DNA of 64,000 bases, taken from NCBI RefSeq assembly GCF_002113885.1, contig NW_018405306.1, positions 128,161 to 192,160 of the forward strand. The letters are read 5' to 3'. The position numbers and the translations under genes were made by a program. Numbering within the stretch: position 1 is the first letter of the stretch; each line of letters begins with the position of its first letter. Positions 48,491-62,070 of the stretch are shown here, in pieces. The DNA is from Mizuhopecten yessoensis (lineage: Eukaryota). A model generated the notes under the pieces. That model saw nothing but the letters and a program-made list of their open reading frames with translations, was not told where the DNA came from and searched no databases.

Positions 48491-48675
48491 ACATGTACTT
48501 GACGCACGTGCGGTGTAATAATATCCTTGGATGTGTCACCGTATACCTATCAAGATCAAGATCAAGATCTAATTGAACAGGATAACCCGTTAGTGTATGA
48601 AATACGAGGAGAGAGGAATCAACAGCTATGTATCATACTGACCTATCAAAATAGTATATACTCAGCAATGTTATG

Positions 48676-48997
48676 ATAATAATAATAATAATAATAATCT
48701 TTATTTAACGTCGTGTACAATCGTCAACAACAAACATAAGCTCTGTAGAGCTTTTATTATGCCGCCGCTAAAAAGGGAACAAATGTTTTTTTAGTGGTGG
48801 AGGAAAACCCACGGAGGGAAAACCACCGTGCCATGGTAGGGGTAACAACTAACCCTATCAGACATCACTCTCTTTTTTTTCCACCACCGCTGGGGATCGA
48901 ACCGAAACTCTTGGGAGAGCGAGTGGTCTGAACCTCATGCTTGATAGCACACAGTAGTACAATGACTGTGCGCGTTAGCGATCACGGCTACCGAGGC
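48676..48997 (-). mobile_element. tRNA-derived SINE with a CR1-like 3' tail and (TTA)n end
   Basis: B-box GGTTCGATCCCC (48892-48903, minus), A-box-like 5' end, central GGTTTTCCTCC motif, and a tail similar to the LINE end at 37583-37650. Confidence 0.7.
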
Positions 48998-49205
48998 ACC
49001 CTGATGGACACTAGATTGGTTCCGATTTAGAAACAGCCAAGTGTTACAATGTCCGCAACCTTTCTAGCAGTAACAGCCAGTATTACGCAATTAAAAAATG
49101 ATTGCCTATTAAAAATCCCATATTACTTAAACTTTTAAAATGAAATAGGTTTATGATCGCTGGAATAACACACCCTGCACAGAGTTAATTCCTGTCCAGG
49201 AAGAA

Positions 49206-49236
<31 letters not shown>
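49206..49236. repeat. (GAT)10 microsatellite
   Basis: Directly visible. Confidence 0.95.
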
Positions 49237-49237
<1 letters not shown>

Positions 49238-52200
49238 GGTGGGTGGGCAGCTAGGCATCCCATCTCCCTACTCCAACAGTGTTTGAGGTTTACACTAGGA
49301 GCTACTTTTGACGGGCGTTGTGTAACAGTCGGCAAAATCATATCTGATAGAAAAAAGGCTGACCAGTAGCCTATTCTAATGTTACAGGAGTACCGATCCC
49401 CCAAAATATTCCCATTTTGAACTCCCTACACTGGAACTTCCTCTTTTCATTGTTTTCAAAACACATAGAAACACTTGCAAATCAGACATTGGCAATATCA
49501 CATCTCTCATCTAGATCATAGATGTCATCTGCATAGGGATAATGAAGTTACCAAAACCAATCTGCCGTTCATATAAGGATTTTTTGGACCTCTATCTTTG
49601 GGGACAGCAATAAAAGTTACATATTTTATTGATCTGTTGGAATAGAGAATACTAAAAAATGCCTCAAGAATCTAGAAGACGAGTTGGATATCTTCGGTTT
49701 CATATCAGTGGCTGTATGGACTCAAAAAGAATTGTTAGCATTAATCATTGGTGTTTGCTTTCTTCAGAAAGTGATGTAAAGTAAACAGGTTACGGGACAC
49801 ATCTGAATACTTGTTTTTGGACAATTTGGTGTTATTGAATTGTTATGCATGTTTAACTATTTTTCACACAAAAAAAATCTTGGCAAAATTCCTTTCAGTA
49901 TAGATGAAGGGATTTAACCTATTTTTGTATGGAATGTCCTTGGATCAAGAGAAATAAATGTTGTATAAATGAATGAAGAGTGGGTCACAAGATATCAATA
50001 AAGGTTTACTGGGTTGTCTTTAAAGTGAGTATGTATTAAGTATGAGTGAAAAGGTTTTGACTTAGTTTGGTGTGGTGCATCTCTGGATCAGGGTATTCAT
50101 TTTTTTGTGAATCAAGTTGGTGGTCTGACTGGTCTCCCTTGGGGAAGATTTGGGGTCCCAATAAGGAAACTTCTGATAAATAAACATTAAACATATATGC
50201 ATGTCAACCTCTGGACCATCCTCAGAGGGATTTGTTCCTCAATCTCTCAGCAAACTCTGAAAGGGGGGTATATATATGCATGTGAAACTTTATGCAGCAT
50301 TTCTTTAGTTCATTTTTGTGGTGAACCCTTGTTTTATCGAATGAATCATTCGAAATCCAATTTCATTTTGATATTTTCATTCACATGAACTGCCACATTC
50401 CTGAAGTACAATCACTCAAATATTAGTGATACTCATTAGTTTAATTATCTTATTCACTCGACCAATAAGTCCAAAGGTCAGAAACTGATTTTCACACCTC
50501 AGTGAGGTATTATAAATTGTTATTTGTAGTATTATTTGTTTTAAAAAGTTGTCATTGTCCTGTTAGAAGAACTATTGTCTCCTATGAGGGACAAATCTGG
50601 TCAGAATGTTAAAATAGGCGGACCAGATTCACTGGGTCCTATGCCATCAGAGGGATCAAGTAAATATTTGGGTTCAGAGGGACAGTCCCTTTCAAAGAGA
50701 GATCGTTGACATGTACTCAATTTAAAACTATTGAAAGACTAGGTTAACAAACTTTACCCTGAACCTCATTAGGAAATCTGGCACTGTTCATTTTAACACA
50801 GTAAATAAAAGTAACATAATATGTTGTGAAATCATTCATGCATTACAGTCCTTGTATAAATGTATGTGTATACATTCGTTGACAATGATACGTTTCGGCC
50901 TGCAGGGATACAAGGTTATTAATGTGTGTACATGTACAGCCAGTATAACAGGTTTATTAGTTAAAATCAATTAGTGAAGTGCAGAAACCAAGGTTATACT
51001 AGACTGGTATAGATAGTGGCCTAGTTCAGGTTTATCTGGTGTGACACAAATCCAATTTGCTGTGAGGATATATTTATAATGGCTACAGCAACATCTGTTG
51101 TGAATTTTCTTCTAAAGGTCCATGAGGTGTAATGTCTTTTTATTTGGCATTTAGGTTGCTGGGATGAACAGTGATGAACTAGATGACAATGACCCACTAT
51201 TAAGGTCACTGTTTTTAAAAACCTGTATGTTGAAATCTCATACTACTCGATAGTGAGGCGGACGTAATACCAATCAAACAAACAAACAGGAAAATATTCA
51301 AGTAGCCCAGATGAAATGTGGTAGTTGACTTGCCAAGGCGTTATAAAGCATTGAGCCGGAGCCCCAGAAAATTGTCAAGCATTCCCCAGTAAACACAATT
51401 TCTGCTTTCTAGCATGAAATTTCAACAAAAATATTATATTATTAATTTTTGGAGTGAATACTAATATTGGAAAAAAAATCAAGCAATCTGTATATCCATT
51501 CAGCCCAGACAGATTCTAGGCAGCCAGGATACCGTTTCAGATTAACCCTTATTAACTTTAAACATATTATATATACAACATGTACATGTGCAATTCATGC
51601 ATAATGTACATATATATCTCGTAAGATAAATTAAGATGTCACAGCCATGCATCATAAATGTCAAAAATAAAACCATTATTCTTACATTCTGATATTATTT
51701 GAAAATATGTAACACTGTTTACGCTCATTTTGCATGGGGTGCATGTTGACTTAAATTTGATAGCACAGTTCTAGTGTAGTGTCTGTCATCAACAACTCGG
51801 GCTTTGAAGAGCTTCTTCTTGTGAACTGAACGATCTAGGGTCGTAATTTGGCCAGTAGCTACTAGGGATGGAGGGCTTTAATATGTTTCCTCAAATAAAT
51901 GACTTTGACCTTCTTTCAAGGTCACAGTGGTTAAATAAGATAAAAGACTTCAAATAACATCATTCAAAATATCCTGAGGTACAGATGAAGAGCTGATTGA
52001 TATTTTAGCATGCTATGAAGACCAACCATGTAGAAATGTCCTGCCCAGTGAAATAATATGTACCAGTAGCCATTCATTTTGCACAGATTGTCACATGTGT
52101 ATCATGTGGTGTTGATACAGTGTATTTATAATTGATATTCCGTCATCTTTAAGACAATCATTCATTAAACATCTGAAAGGTCTAGACTATAAATGTATCG

Positions 52201-52487
52201 CTGTCAAAATGGAGGTCTCTTCAGTGCACATTCATTCATCAAATATTTTATGTGCAAATCAAACGAGTGAAATATCCCGAGTGAAATATCCCAGCTCGTT
52301 ATCGTGAACCTTTGAACAAATTTGAAATGTGATATGTCAACACACTTCATTCATCAAAGTGATAGAAAACAAATGGAAACCTGTAATGTCAGCCAAAATC
52401 AAACAACAGATTGTACATTGTGACGCCTTTATAGTTACAGTGTTCAAGGGTAATAGTAATAGCTGAATAATTCACTGTTTGTGGTTT

Positions 52488-52715
52488 TTGCTTTGGTTTG
52501 TTTGTTTTTTTACGTCCTATTAACAGCTATGGTCATTTAAGGATGGCCAGGTTTTGGTGGTTGAGAAAACCAGAGTGCCTGAAAAAACTTCAGACCTGTG
52601 GCCAGTACTTGGCAACTGCCCAACCTAGGCGTCAAACCCGCGACCAGGATGTGGGGGGGGGGGCTTAGTAATCAAAGATGGTCAGACGCCTCAACCACTT
52701 CTCCAAAGTGACTCC
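52488..52715 (-). mobile_element. tRNA-derived SINE with a V-domain-like core
   Basis: Reverse complement of the family at 61040-61500 (cctggc..ccttaaatgaccatagctgttaataggacg, AAAC-rich tail). Confidence 0.75.
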
Positions 52716-52967
52716 ACTGTATGTGGTCTCTCCTCAGTAGAGAGAGAATGTGGTTAAAAAAATACATTTTTTCAGTAATAAATTTGTAACTGTTTAGTAT
52801 CCATATTCAGTACCTATTCCCATAGCCAGCAGAGACTGGAATATCACAAATCCTCCTCAGACTAAGGTACTTGTCTATAGTATCATCCCTGAATTAATAT
52901 GTATGTCTAGTTCAGTTTCATGAAAATTCCTGTAGGTGAGTTTCCAATGTTGACCTATGATAACTAC

Positions 52968-53125
52968 CTGGGTTCAAAGTCTACATGGAACAGTCACCAG
53001 GTACTGGCTGCCACAGGTTGGTGATTTTTCTTCAGGCACTCGAGTTATGCGCTACCACAAAAATCTGGCACATCCTTAAATGACCATAACTGTTAAATAA
53101 ATTTAAAACACAAACAAACTAAACC
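52968..53125 (+). mobile_element. Partial copy of the same SINE family
   Basis: ccaggtactgg...tggcacatccttaaatgaccataactgtta followed by an AAAC tail. Confidence 0.7.
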
Positions 53126-54574
53126 AATCTAATGGTATAAAATCATAAGATACAGTATCCTTGTGGTGTTCATGTAAGTTTAAAAAAAACACATTTCCAA
53201 GTACTTGCTGTTTTTCTTAAAGTCCTTCAGGTTACTGAAGAAATGCAAGAGAAACAGAAATTATACTCAAATCAGATTTGTTTGTTTGAATATCTGGTAT
53301 TCATAATGGGTGTACTTTATGTATAACATGTAGGTCTTGAGGACATTTACACGTATACTAACGACAGTACAATCTGATATAGGCTCTAGGGTATATCCAA
53401 TCAAACGTAGGAAAATAAGCATGGAAGGTTGTACCAGTGTGAACAATATCATTGGTCAACATTTCTGGTCAAGACATTTGATAATAAACTTACACAAAAA
53501 GACAAGACAAGAAGTTAGAATGAATTAGTTACCATTCAACTCCAGTGATACTTCAAAAAGTCCCTTTAGATAAATCATAATAATGATATTATTTGTAACA
53601 AATGTGTGCAATTTACCTGATGTATAATTATCATAATTACCATATGTAGCTTTCTCTGTACTAAATTTGGCTCTTAAATTTACTGTTCCAAAAAGATTTC
53701 CACATATACATGTAATCGAATGAAAAATGTAGTTAAATTGAGATACAGACCTGACGTTGTATTCACAAATTAATTAATAAATAATTTCATGTCTTAAACT
53801 CCAGTATTATTGTACAAATCATTAAAAAAAATATACATCAGAAGAAAATTATTTCTGGCCACTCTATAGGAGATTTTAACAGTGGCAAGATTCTGTCTGT
53901 CGATCAGGGTGGGTGGGTTAGGGTTTATAATGCCTACTGTAGTCATAAAGTTACATAGGTATGGGGAGATTGTGTACAGTATGAGAGTACTTGTATTATT
54001 GTACATATTAGGTTAACAATGACTATACCATTGATACCCTAATAGCAGTGCTTCTAGTCTTATTTTTTCATGTGATTAAAAAAGAAAGAAAATCTGAAAA
54101 AAAGGATCTCAATTTTTTTCTTATGCATGTATTTGAATCTTAACAGGGACATTGAAATATAAGTCCAATCAAAAGTCAAATTAAATGCTATTCTCCGCTT
54201 TATTCCAATTTGCATATGGATCTGATTTCTGAGATAAAAAAAAATTGAGAAACCCTCATCATTATTGGCCTGGACTTTTTCTGTTAACGTTTGTAGTATT
54301 AAAACTTCTTATGTGAAATGACTGGATTATGTTGGAAGGTATGCCAGGGCTATTATTTTTACAAATAAGTCTTTTTTATCTTCATCTATTATTCAGATGA
54401 CAATGAAATTCTATAAGATAAACAATTATGTTCATGTCTTTAAGATGATATTTAGGAAGTAATCTAAAGAACGACAGAAAACTGTGAATAAGGAATAAAC
54501 ACTAAACAACAGGTAAAACTGATTGACATGTTGGTTTTTATGGACACACACCGACACATAGCCAGTACATCAAT

Positions 54575-55235
54575 GACGTTTTACCAACTAACATCAGAGG
54601 CCTTTTCCCAGTTAATCCATCCACATAAAGCCATGTATGCTGAATTCCTTTGGCGGTCTTTCTATAAACTCCTTGGTTTCTGGACTGATTACCCTTTCAG
54701 CTACATTCATCACGTTTTACACGTTGATTACCAATGGGTTTTTGATGATCTCTCTTGATTTCTGGGCCATATCGTCAAAGTTAAAGGTCAAGGTCATACA
54801 TACTAGGACTCTGTTCCTGAACTTGATATGAAAAATTTTCAAAGCAGGATGTTGAAACTTCACAGGATGACTCTAGTGATCTCTATTGATTTTGTGTTAG
54901 AAGGTCAAAGGTCAGTTTCTGACCTTGAAATTTACAGAGTGGCCACCCTTTTGGTGAGAAGGATTCCTATTTGTTTAAGGGTCAAAATATCAAAGGTCAA
55001 TGTAATAGGCTATTGTGAAAAAATTCTTTACTCTATTAAACTTAAATTGCACTTCACAAGATGATTTCAAATGAAATGAGGCTAGGAGATCAATTGATAT
55101 TGAGATTAAAAAGCCAAAGGTCAAGGCCATAGTGACAAGATTAAAGTTTGCTTGATATTCAAAGTAGTTATTCAATTTTTTTGTGTTTGGAGAGCCAGCA
55201 AAGGGCATTAACTGAGCAAGGTTTTGCCGTTGACA
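54575..55235. mobile_element. Degraded Helentron-associated (HINE-like) element
   Basis: ATCC microsatellite remnant, repeated aaggtcaaggtca cores and a gggcatt...cttgt terminus. Confidence 0.45.
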
Positions 55236-55280
55236 TGTAACTTGTATTTCTAAACATTTTCTTCAGATTGGTAAGTATGG

Positions 55281-55349
55281 ATTATGAAAAGTTCTTTTTA
55301 CACAACCAATTAAAATTTTATTGGTTGTGTAAAAAGAACTTTTCATAAT
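55281..55349. repeat. Perfect 30-bp inverted repeat with a 9-nt spacer
   Basis: 55281-55310 is the exact reverse complement of 55320-55349. Confidence 0.97.
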
Positions 55350-55711
55350 GTAATTTCTTGTTTTTGCGTATCCAAATATTCAATTAATAGGATATATATG
55401 GTATTATATATAATAGGATATATTATGGTATTTATATAGAACAGTCATAAATGGAGAACATTTACCTACAATTGACTTAGTGACCACTGTTCTCTGTGGC
55501 CCGGCCGGTAGTTATTGTAAGGAGAAATATAAGAGATGCTTAATATACATAGTGGTAGTTTCTTGGAATTAAGTAGGATAGCAAAAGCTGGAAACGGTGA
55601 AAATCCTCCTGCTAAAGCTGCCAATGTTCCCACAGAATACTCTCACAGCCAAACTGTAAGTGATAGAGCTTTTGTTTTGTGCATGTATACAGTCAAACGG
55701 AGTCATATGTA

Positions 55712-55860
55712 GGCAAGGTAGTCTAGTGGTAGGACGCTGGGCTCGTGCCCGAAGGTTCTCAGGTTCGAATCCTGTCATGACAACTGTATTGTATTCTTGA
55801 ATAAGATACTTAATTGCGCTTGTCGAGACTACTTCAGGGTGTCCAGCTTCAGACACTCGG
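55712..55860 (+). mobile_element. tRNA-derived SINE with a CORE-like domain
   Basis: A-box TAGTCTAGTGG, B-box GGTTCGAATCC (55762), then gtattcttgaataagatacttaa, which resembles the CORE consensus. Confidence 0.65.
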
Positions 55861-57176
55861 AGATTAAAATATTGAAAGGAGGGTCATTTCATTATCCTAC
55901 CCTCAGATCTACTGTAAATGGGCTTGCTTCAGGTGTGTCCAATTTCATATTTAGAGTATTGGTACTAATCCTTTAGCAGACTTCGATTTAAGAATCTGCT
56001 TGTTTGAACTATATTTTCATGATAATATTTTTAAATTTTCATAAGTCCTGAAATTCCACATTTATATAATTAGAAACAATGTCAACACCTTCATCTTGCA
56101 CATTACCAATGTTAAATTGCTATCAAGAAATGGTTAATGCACAGTATCTAAAAGGAAGATGAACACCTTGGCAATTGAAGTAATGCTAAGTCTGAAAAAA
56201 TCCTTAAGCTATAGCTTGCAAATTGCTTTATCATTTATATGCTTAGAAGAACAATCAAGAAAACAGCTCTGAATTTGAATTCTTCACGATTAAACCTTAT
56301 GCGTAAACAGCAGTTGTTCATTTTGCCTACACGTCTGAGTACTGTTTGAATGTCAGTCATGGATTGTTATAGTAACGTTTTGAATATGTTATAAATTTGA
56401 AATCCTCTATGAACCTTGGTTAATTGGTCCTTTTTTGGTGGGGTACGGGGCAGGGTTTTTGTGCAATTTCACATTTTAAACTTTACTAATTGCCAAACAG
56501 GTCTTTAATTATGGAGGCTAGGAGTAAATCTAGTTCTTTTCCTACTATTTAATTATCATAGCATGAAGTCCTACACTAAGTCTCTTTACCCTGCCATGAC
56601 CTATACTCTGTAGCTGCTAACAATTAGCCTATTCTTTGTCGAAATACAGGTGAATAATCTCATTGAAACAAAGGTGTGTTGTTTACAGGTCATGTATTGG
56701 CTGAAGAGGATTAAGAAAATAATTTTTAGAAGTTCAAACTCCTGCACATCTGAGAAACAACAAATTATCTATCCTTATGAAATTTGATGTCATTAATCAA
56801 AGCATAACCAAGTGTATATTATGAAATCTGTTGTACCTGTGTGATGTCCTCCCTCGTTAACCACACTTAGCACTTTTATTAAGGCGTACCTGGTACACCT
56901 ACATTTGATACCTGTACTGTATAATAAGGCCGAGATAATCTATTAAGTTGAATAGGTACGTACCGTATTTACCTGTTATTGGCCCCGGCCTTGTGTCATA
57001 AAAGCTTTTGGACTTTTAAGAACATTTTCCATGCTGAAGATATTTGGGTAAGGCTAGATATCTTTTCAAATGTCACATAAAATTGTGAAATATTTATTTA
57101 TAAGGTTTGTATATGCACATGCCTTGAAAAATCCCTAAAAACATTGAGTTGGCCTTGAAAAGGCCCTAAATAAAAT

Positions 57177-57910
57177 AAACAAGAGGCCCATGGGCCTTAA
57201 CGGTCACCTGATATATTTATACAGAGAGTTGATTTAGTTTTTAACATGAACAGAAATATTATTCAAAGTGACAAAAAACAATAAAACCCCCTTACTCAAT
57301 ATCTAGCATACGGATTTCAGACTAAAAAGGATTTGAAACTAGCACCTCAGATTCTTAACAAGGAAAATGAAGAAATTTTAGCACACTGACTCCTTTGAGC
57401 CCCACGCTACATCCCTTGGGGGTAGGGCTGGCTCAAAATTTTCAAAGTATCAAACTGTCAATGCAAGGTTATAATTCCAATCAAGTTATTAACATGTAAT
57501 ATTCAAAGTATCATTTGCCATTATAACCCATAATAAGTTTTGCCCCCCCCCCTCCTTCCCCAGGGGGTAAACGTGAGACCCTAGGGTCATAAACCTTAAG
57601 ACCCTTCCATCTATGAAGAGTATTTGATTCTACCATATCTGGGTCTTGAGAAGAAAATTTTTGAAATTTTAGTCAATTCAACCCTTTTTGGCCCCGCTCC
57701 TCAGGCCCCTGGGGGCTTGGGACTAAACCGGCCACTATTTTTGTTGACCTTTGTCCATGGAAGGTCCCTGCAAAATTTCATTGAAATTGGTTCAGGGGTT
57801 TTGGAGCAGAAGTCGAAAATGTAAATTGTTTACGGACGCATGACGGACGACGACGGACAAAAGGCGATCGCAATAGGACACTTGAGACTTTGTCTCAGGT
57901 GACCTAAAAA
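57177..57910. mobile_element. Helentron-associated non-autonomous element (HINE/pearl-like), nested in an older MITE (about 57101-58966)
   Basis: Starts aacaagaggcccatgggcc, has the subterminal inverted pair ggtcacctga/tcaggtgacc, a GACG microsatellite, terminal hairpin tgagactttgtctca and A-rich junctions. Confidence 0.75.
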
Positions 57911-58670
57911 TCTTGAAAGGTCAAAATGACCCTTGAATATGATAAATGATCATTTAACTATGATTGTTCAGGGGTTTTGGAGAAGAAGTCGAAAATGTAA
58001 ATTGTTTACGGACGCATGACGGACGACGACGGACAAAAGGCGATCGCAATAGGGCACTTGAGACTTTGTCTCAGGTGACCTAAAAATCTTGAAAGGTCAA
58101 AATGACCCTTGAATATGATAAATGATCATTTAACTATGATTGTTCAGGGGTTTTGGAGAAGAAGTCGAAAATGTAAATTGTTTACGGACGCATGACGGAC
58201 GACGACGGACAAAAGGCGATCGCAATAGGACACTTGAGACTTTGTCTCAGGTGACCTAAAAATCTTGAAAGGTCAAAATGACCCTTGAATATGATAAATG
58301 ATCATTTAACTATGATTGTTCAGGGGTTTTGGAGAAGAAGTCGAAAATGTAAATTGTTTACGGACGCATGACGGACGACGACGGACAAAAGGCGATCGCA
58401 ATAGGTCACTTGAGACTTTGTCTCAGGTGACCTAAAAATCTTGAAAGGTCAAAATGACCCTTGAATATGATAAATGATCATTTAACTATGATTGTTCAGG
58501 GGTTTTGGAGAAGAAGTCGAAAATGTAAATTGTTTACGGACGCATGACGGACGACGACGGACAAAAGGCGATCGCAATAGGTCACTTGAGACTTTGTCTC
58601 AGGTGACCTAAAAATCTTGAAAGGTCAAAATGACCCTTGAATATGATAAATGATCATTTAACTATGATTG
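57791..58670. repeat. 5 x 176-bp near-identical tandem repeat (element end plus flank)
   Basis: Units start at 57791, 57967, 58143, 58319 and 58495. Confidence 0.97.
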
Positions 58671-59250
58671 TTTACTAATTTTGGTGGTTTTGTGGTGTTG
58701 TACTCATGAAAAACCAATGCAGAAAATACAAGAAAATGAAATATTTGTTACAAGTCAGTTTCTGTATTTTTGGGTACCGACCAGTGTTAGATTTGGGGTT
58801 GTTAGGTGTTTATGTGGTGAGACATCGAGGCATCCAAATAGCGGTATCTGAATTTGCAAATTTGCAAATAGCAGGAGATTTTAGCCTTAATTAGACTGAA
58901 AATTAGGTTCTTAAAGGGCCCTAAAAAGCTTTGAATTTCATAGTAAAAATCCTTTACGAACTTTGATGTATTGTTAATTTGTTAAAGTATTTAATTGCAA
59001 TGGTATACTTGTACTGAGCAAGATAAGAGAAATAACAAAATGTCTGTAATGGAGTATGAACCCTTCCACAGATCTTGTGATGTGTTATATTTTCACATAG
59101 TCAGTATGTTTTGTACTTCTGAAATCTATATACTTTATATATCTATAATCTACTATAGTCTAAGTATGTATTAATTAACTTAAAAGAGTAAAAGAACAGT
59201 AGAAAAGTGAAGTATAAAACATTTGAGAGGAATACTAAAGTTTAAGGTTG

Positions 59251-59341
59251 TTAACACATTCATCCCTGAAATTTCATAATGAACTGTTCCAGTCTTTGAA
59301 TTGGAAGAGTTCAAATGTGTCTTCAGGGGTGAATGAGTTAA
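59251..59341. mobile_element. About 90-bp TTAA-flanked MITE
   Basis: ttaacacattcatccctga...tcaggggtgaatgagttaa. Confidence 0.7.
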
Positions 59342-61039
59342 CAGGTAAAAAAAAGTTTTCAAACTAGAGAACTTTCATGATATTTACACCCTACACGTGA
59401 ACCTACAAACTCAAAAGCCACACTTCATGCCCAAAAGCTCCAGAAAGGTAACCCTACATAGCCAACAGTCTTGTTTAAAGTCAAACAACATGCCTAACAG
59501 TTTAAAATTTCATGTTCTACATGGTTGAAACTTGTATTGTTTTCGTGTAATCTCAGAAATAAATGTGAATCAAAGCTGTATAAAATATCTCCCATTCAAT
59601 ACAGAAAAGATATACATCTTCGTATTATTTACGAATTTATTTTTTACCTGGTAAACCTGCCTTCAGATGCATTTAATGCAGTCAATCATTATTCATAGTT
59701 ATAACCCGAGAATGTCGTGGATGTCTGCACCCATACATTATTTTACCTGTTAACGAGATAATGGAGGTCGACCTGTCCCTCGGGGCTTAGGTGTTCCCAG
59801 TGTAATTACATGTTATTATACCTGGGAAATGTTCATGTGTTGAAATTAATAGCTAAATCCGAAATGTGTAGACGTTTACAAACGTAAAAGATCATTCGGC
59901 TGAAAAGTATTGGAGCAGTAACCTCAGAGACTTAATAACATAACAAATACGCGGAGTGGGAGATCCAAAACAAATGTTTAATTCAAGTCAACCAATTATT
60001 CAGCCTACAAAAATCAGACCAGTTATGATCTTTTAGATACAGAACCTCATACAAAAAATATGAAAAAACATTAAATGGAGATCAAATCTTGATGATTTTT
60101 TTAGGTCTTGCATCATACCAGAAGTTTAAACGAATTTACTATGCTTTTCAGAAAATGATGTTCTTCGTAACAAACTAGAAAATGTCTGTAAGACATGAAT
60201 GCCCCCATCACCATATGAAATTAGTTTCAGTGTTCGATGTTTGACGGTACGGGATGGACATGGACAACACTATATTAAGTTTAATCAGGGAGTTAATAAT
60301 AATACTCTATTTTTAGAGGGTACGACTCATTAAGCTAACAATAAAGGCTAATCTCCCATGAGATCCTCTTTTAGAAGGTACACAAGCATAGATGAACATT
60401 TTATGACTGTAGTAACTGTTATTCTGCAACAAACCTTGGAGATGGGGGTTGGCAACTCATAATCTCTGAATCAAAGTTAGGGAATGGGCTTATTACAGAC
60501 ACAACGAGAATACATTTCTGTTGAACTGCAATTTACATGGGTGGGGGCTTATCACCAGGCATGGTCTTATTGCTGGATAAACATGGTGAGCAAAGTATTT
60601 ACATGTATCACATCATACAGGAAGTAATAAAAACAAAAGTTCTTTCTTAACAATAGGAAGTCATAAAATTTACAGGTACATATAACTATATGCACCAAGT
60701 TCACTCAGATAAAAATCAAAGGAATATATATACAAGTTTATGTGCATCATACAGGAAATTGCAAGTACAATCACCTCGGATCGGAAGAGGTTAACTATAC
60801 ACAGTAAGATAGGAATTCTTGACAAATCATCTTACATCATCAATGACTGTACATAAAATAACTACACTTACAATTGATCTGATCAATATATCACGATATA
60901 TCAGAGGTTTCGTGAAGGATTGTTCGTTATTGCATATTTCAAGTTCTACATATTTAATATAAACAGTTTTTGGACACATTAAAGTGCTCTAAACTACAAA
61001 AATTAAAGTGACTAGTGAGAATTTGATTGACTGTGATTA

Positions 61040-61500
61040 AAGTGGAAGATTGGTTAAACATCTACAATCCCCAGCCCTCCACCACTGGGTTGCAGGTTTG
61101 AGGCCTTCACATATGGGGCAGTCGCCAGGTACTGGAGGTAGGTCGGTGGATATTCTCTGGGAACTACAGCTCTCCTCCACCACCAAAGCCTGGCACGTCC
61201 TTAAATGATAATAATAATAATATACATTATTTGATACAGCGCCCTATCTAACAAACATAAGCCACTCTAAAGCACTTTGCAGTACATAGATATACAATTA
61301 ATTCAATTAGCATATATACATTAATCAAAACAATTTTGAGGAATTCACAGGAGTTGCCTTCGCAGGCGCTAACTACTAGTCCTATGCCACCTGGCTAATA
61401 TTTCCCTATGTTTGTATGCCTGCGTGTGTGCTGGAGATGTTATGTGTAAAATGACCATAGTTGTTAATAGGACGCAATACACAAACAAACCAGACCAAAC
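61040..61500 (+). mobile_element. V-domain-like SINE interrupted by an L2-tailed insertion (61209-61448, minus strand)
   Basis: The SINE 3' motif ccttaaatga|ccatagttgttaataggacg is split, and AAATGA is duplicated at 61203 and 61449. Confidence 0.75.
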
Positions 61501-62070
61501 ATGGTGGAAATGGTTATGGCTGGTCATGCATGATCAACATGTTTAAATTTCTGGATAGGCAGATGCATGGTGAAGTGGTCAAGGCCACAGGTGAAGAGAT
61601 GGCAAACCCAAGCACCGTTCCATTTTGTCTGTTTGACTGATAAAGTACATGACTTGTTTCAAAATGGTTATAAAATATATTATAGCAATACATTTCTTAA
61701 TGTTTGAATCTGAAATTACCATGGTTGACCTTCAATTGGGCCTTAATGTTCAAAGTGTGGCTAGCTTAAATTAATGATAACAAATTAAATCTTCAAATTG
61801 CAATTTTGGGAGAAATACATCAAAAAAAATGAAAATGAAGTGTGTTTTTCATTTTCTTTTGTACAGTTGATCATTTTGTATCCATAGACATCATGTTTAA
61901 CTCTTTAACAGATCAAATTAATTATTTTTGAATATGTACATAATGAAATATTTGTTTTCACATGTTCTTAAAGCTAACCAGGCTTTGATCATTAAAATTG
62001 GTAGACCTTGATTTGGTCTTTATAACTGTAGTTGACTACGATCAATTGCTGTGATTGACCATAATCACTC

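Noticed and set aside
49135-49404. ORF with a poly-His tract
   Set aside because: Produced by the (GAT)n microsatellite.
55712-55785. Possible tRNA gene
   Set aside because: The acceptor stem pairs poorly and a CORE-like SINE domain follows.
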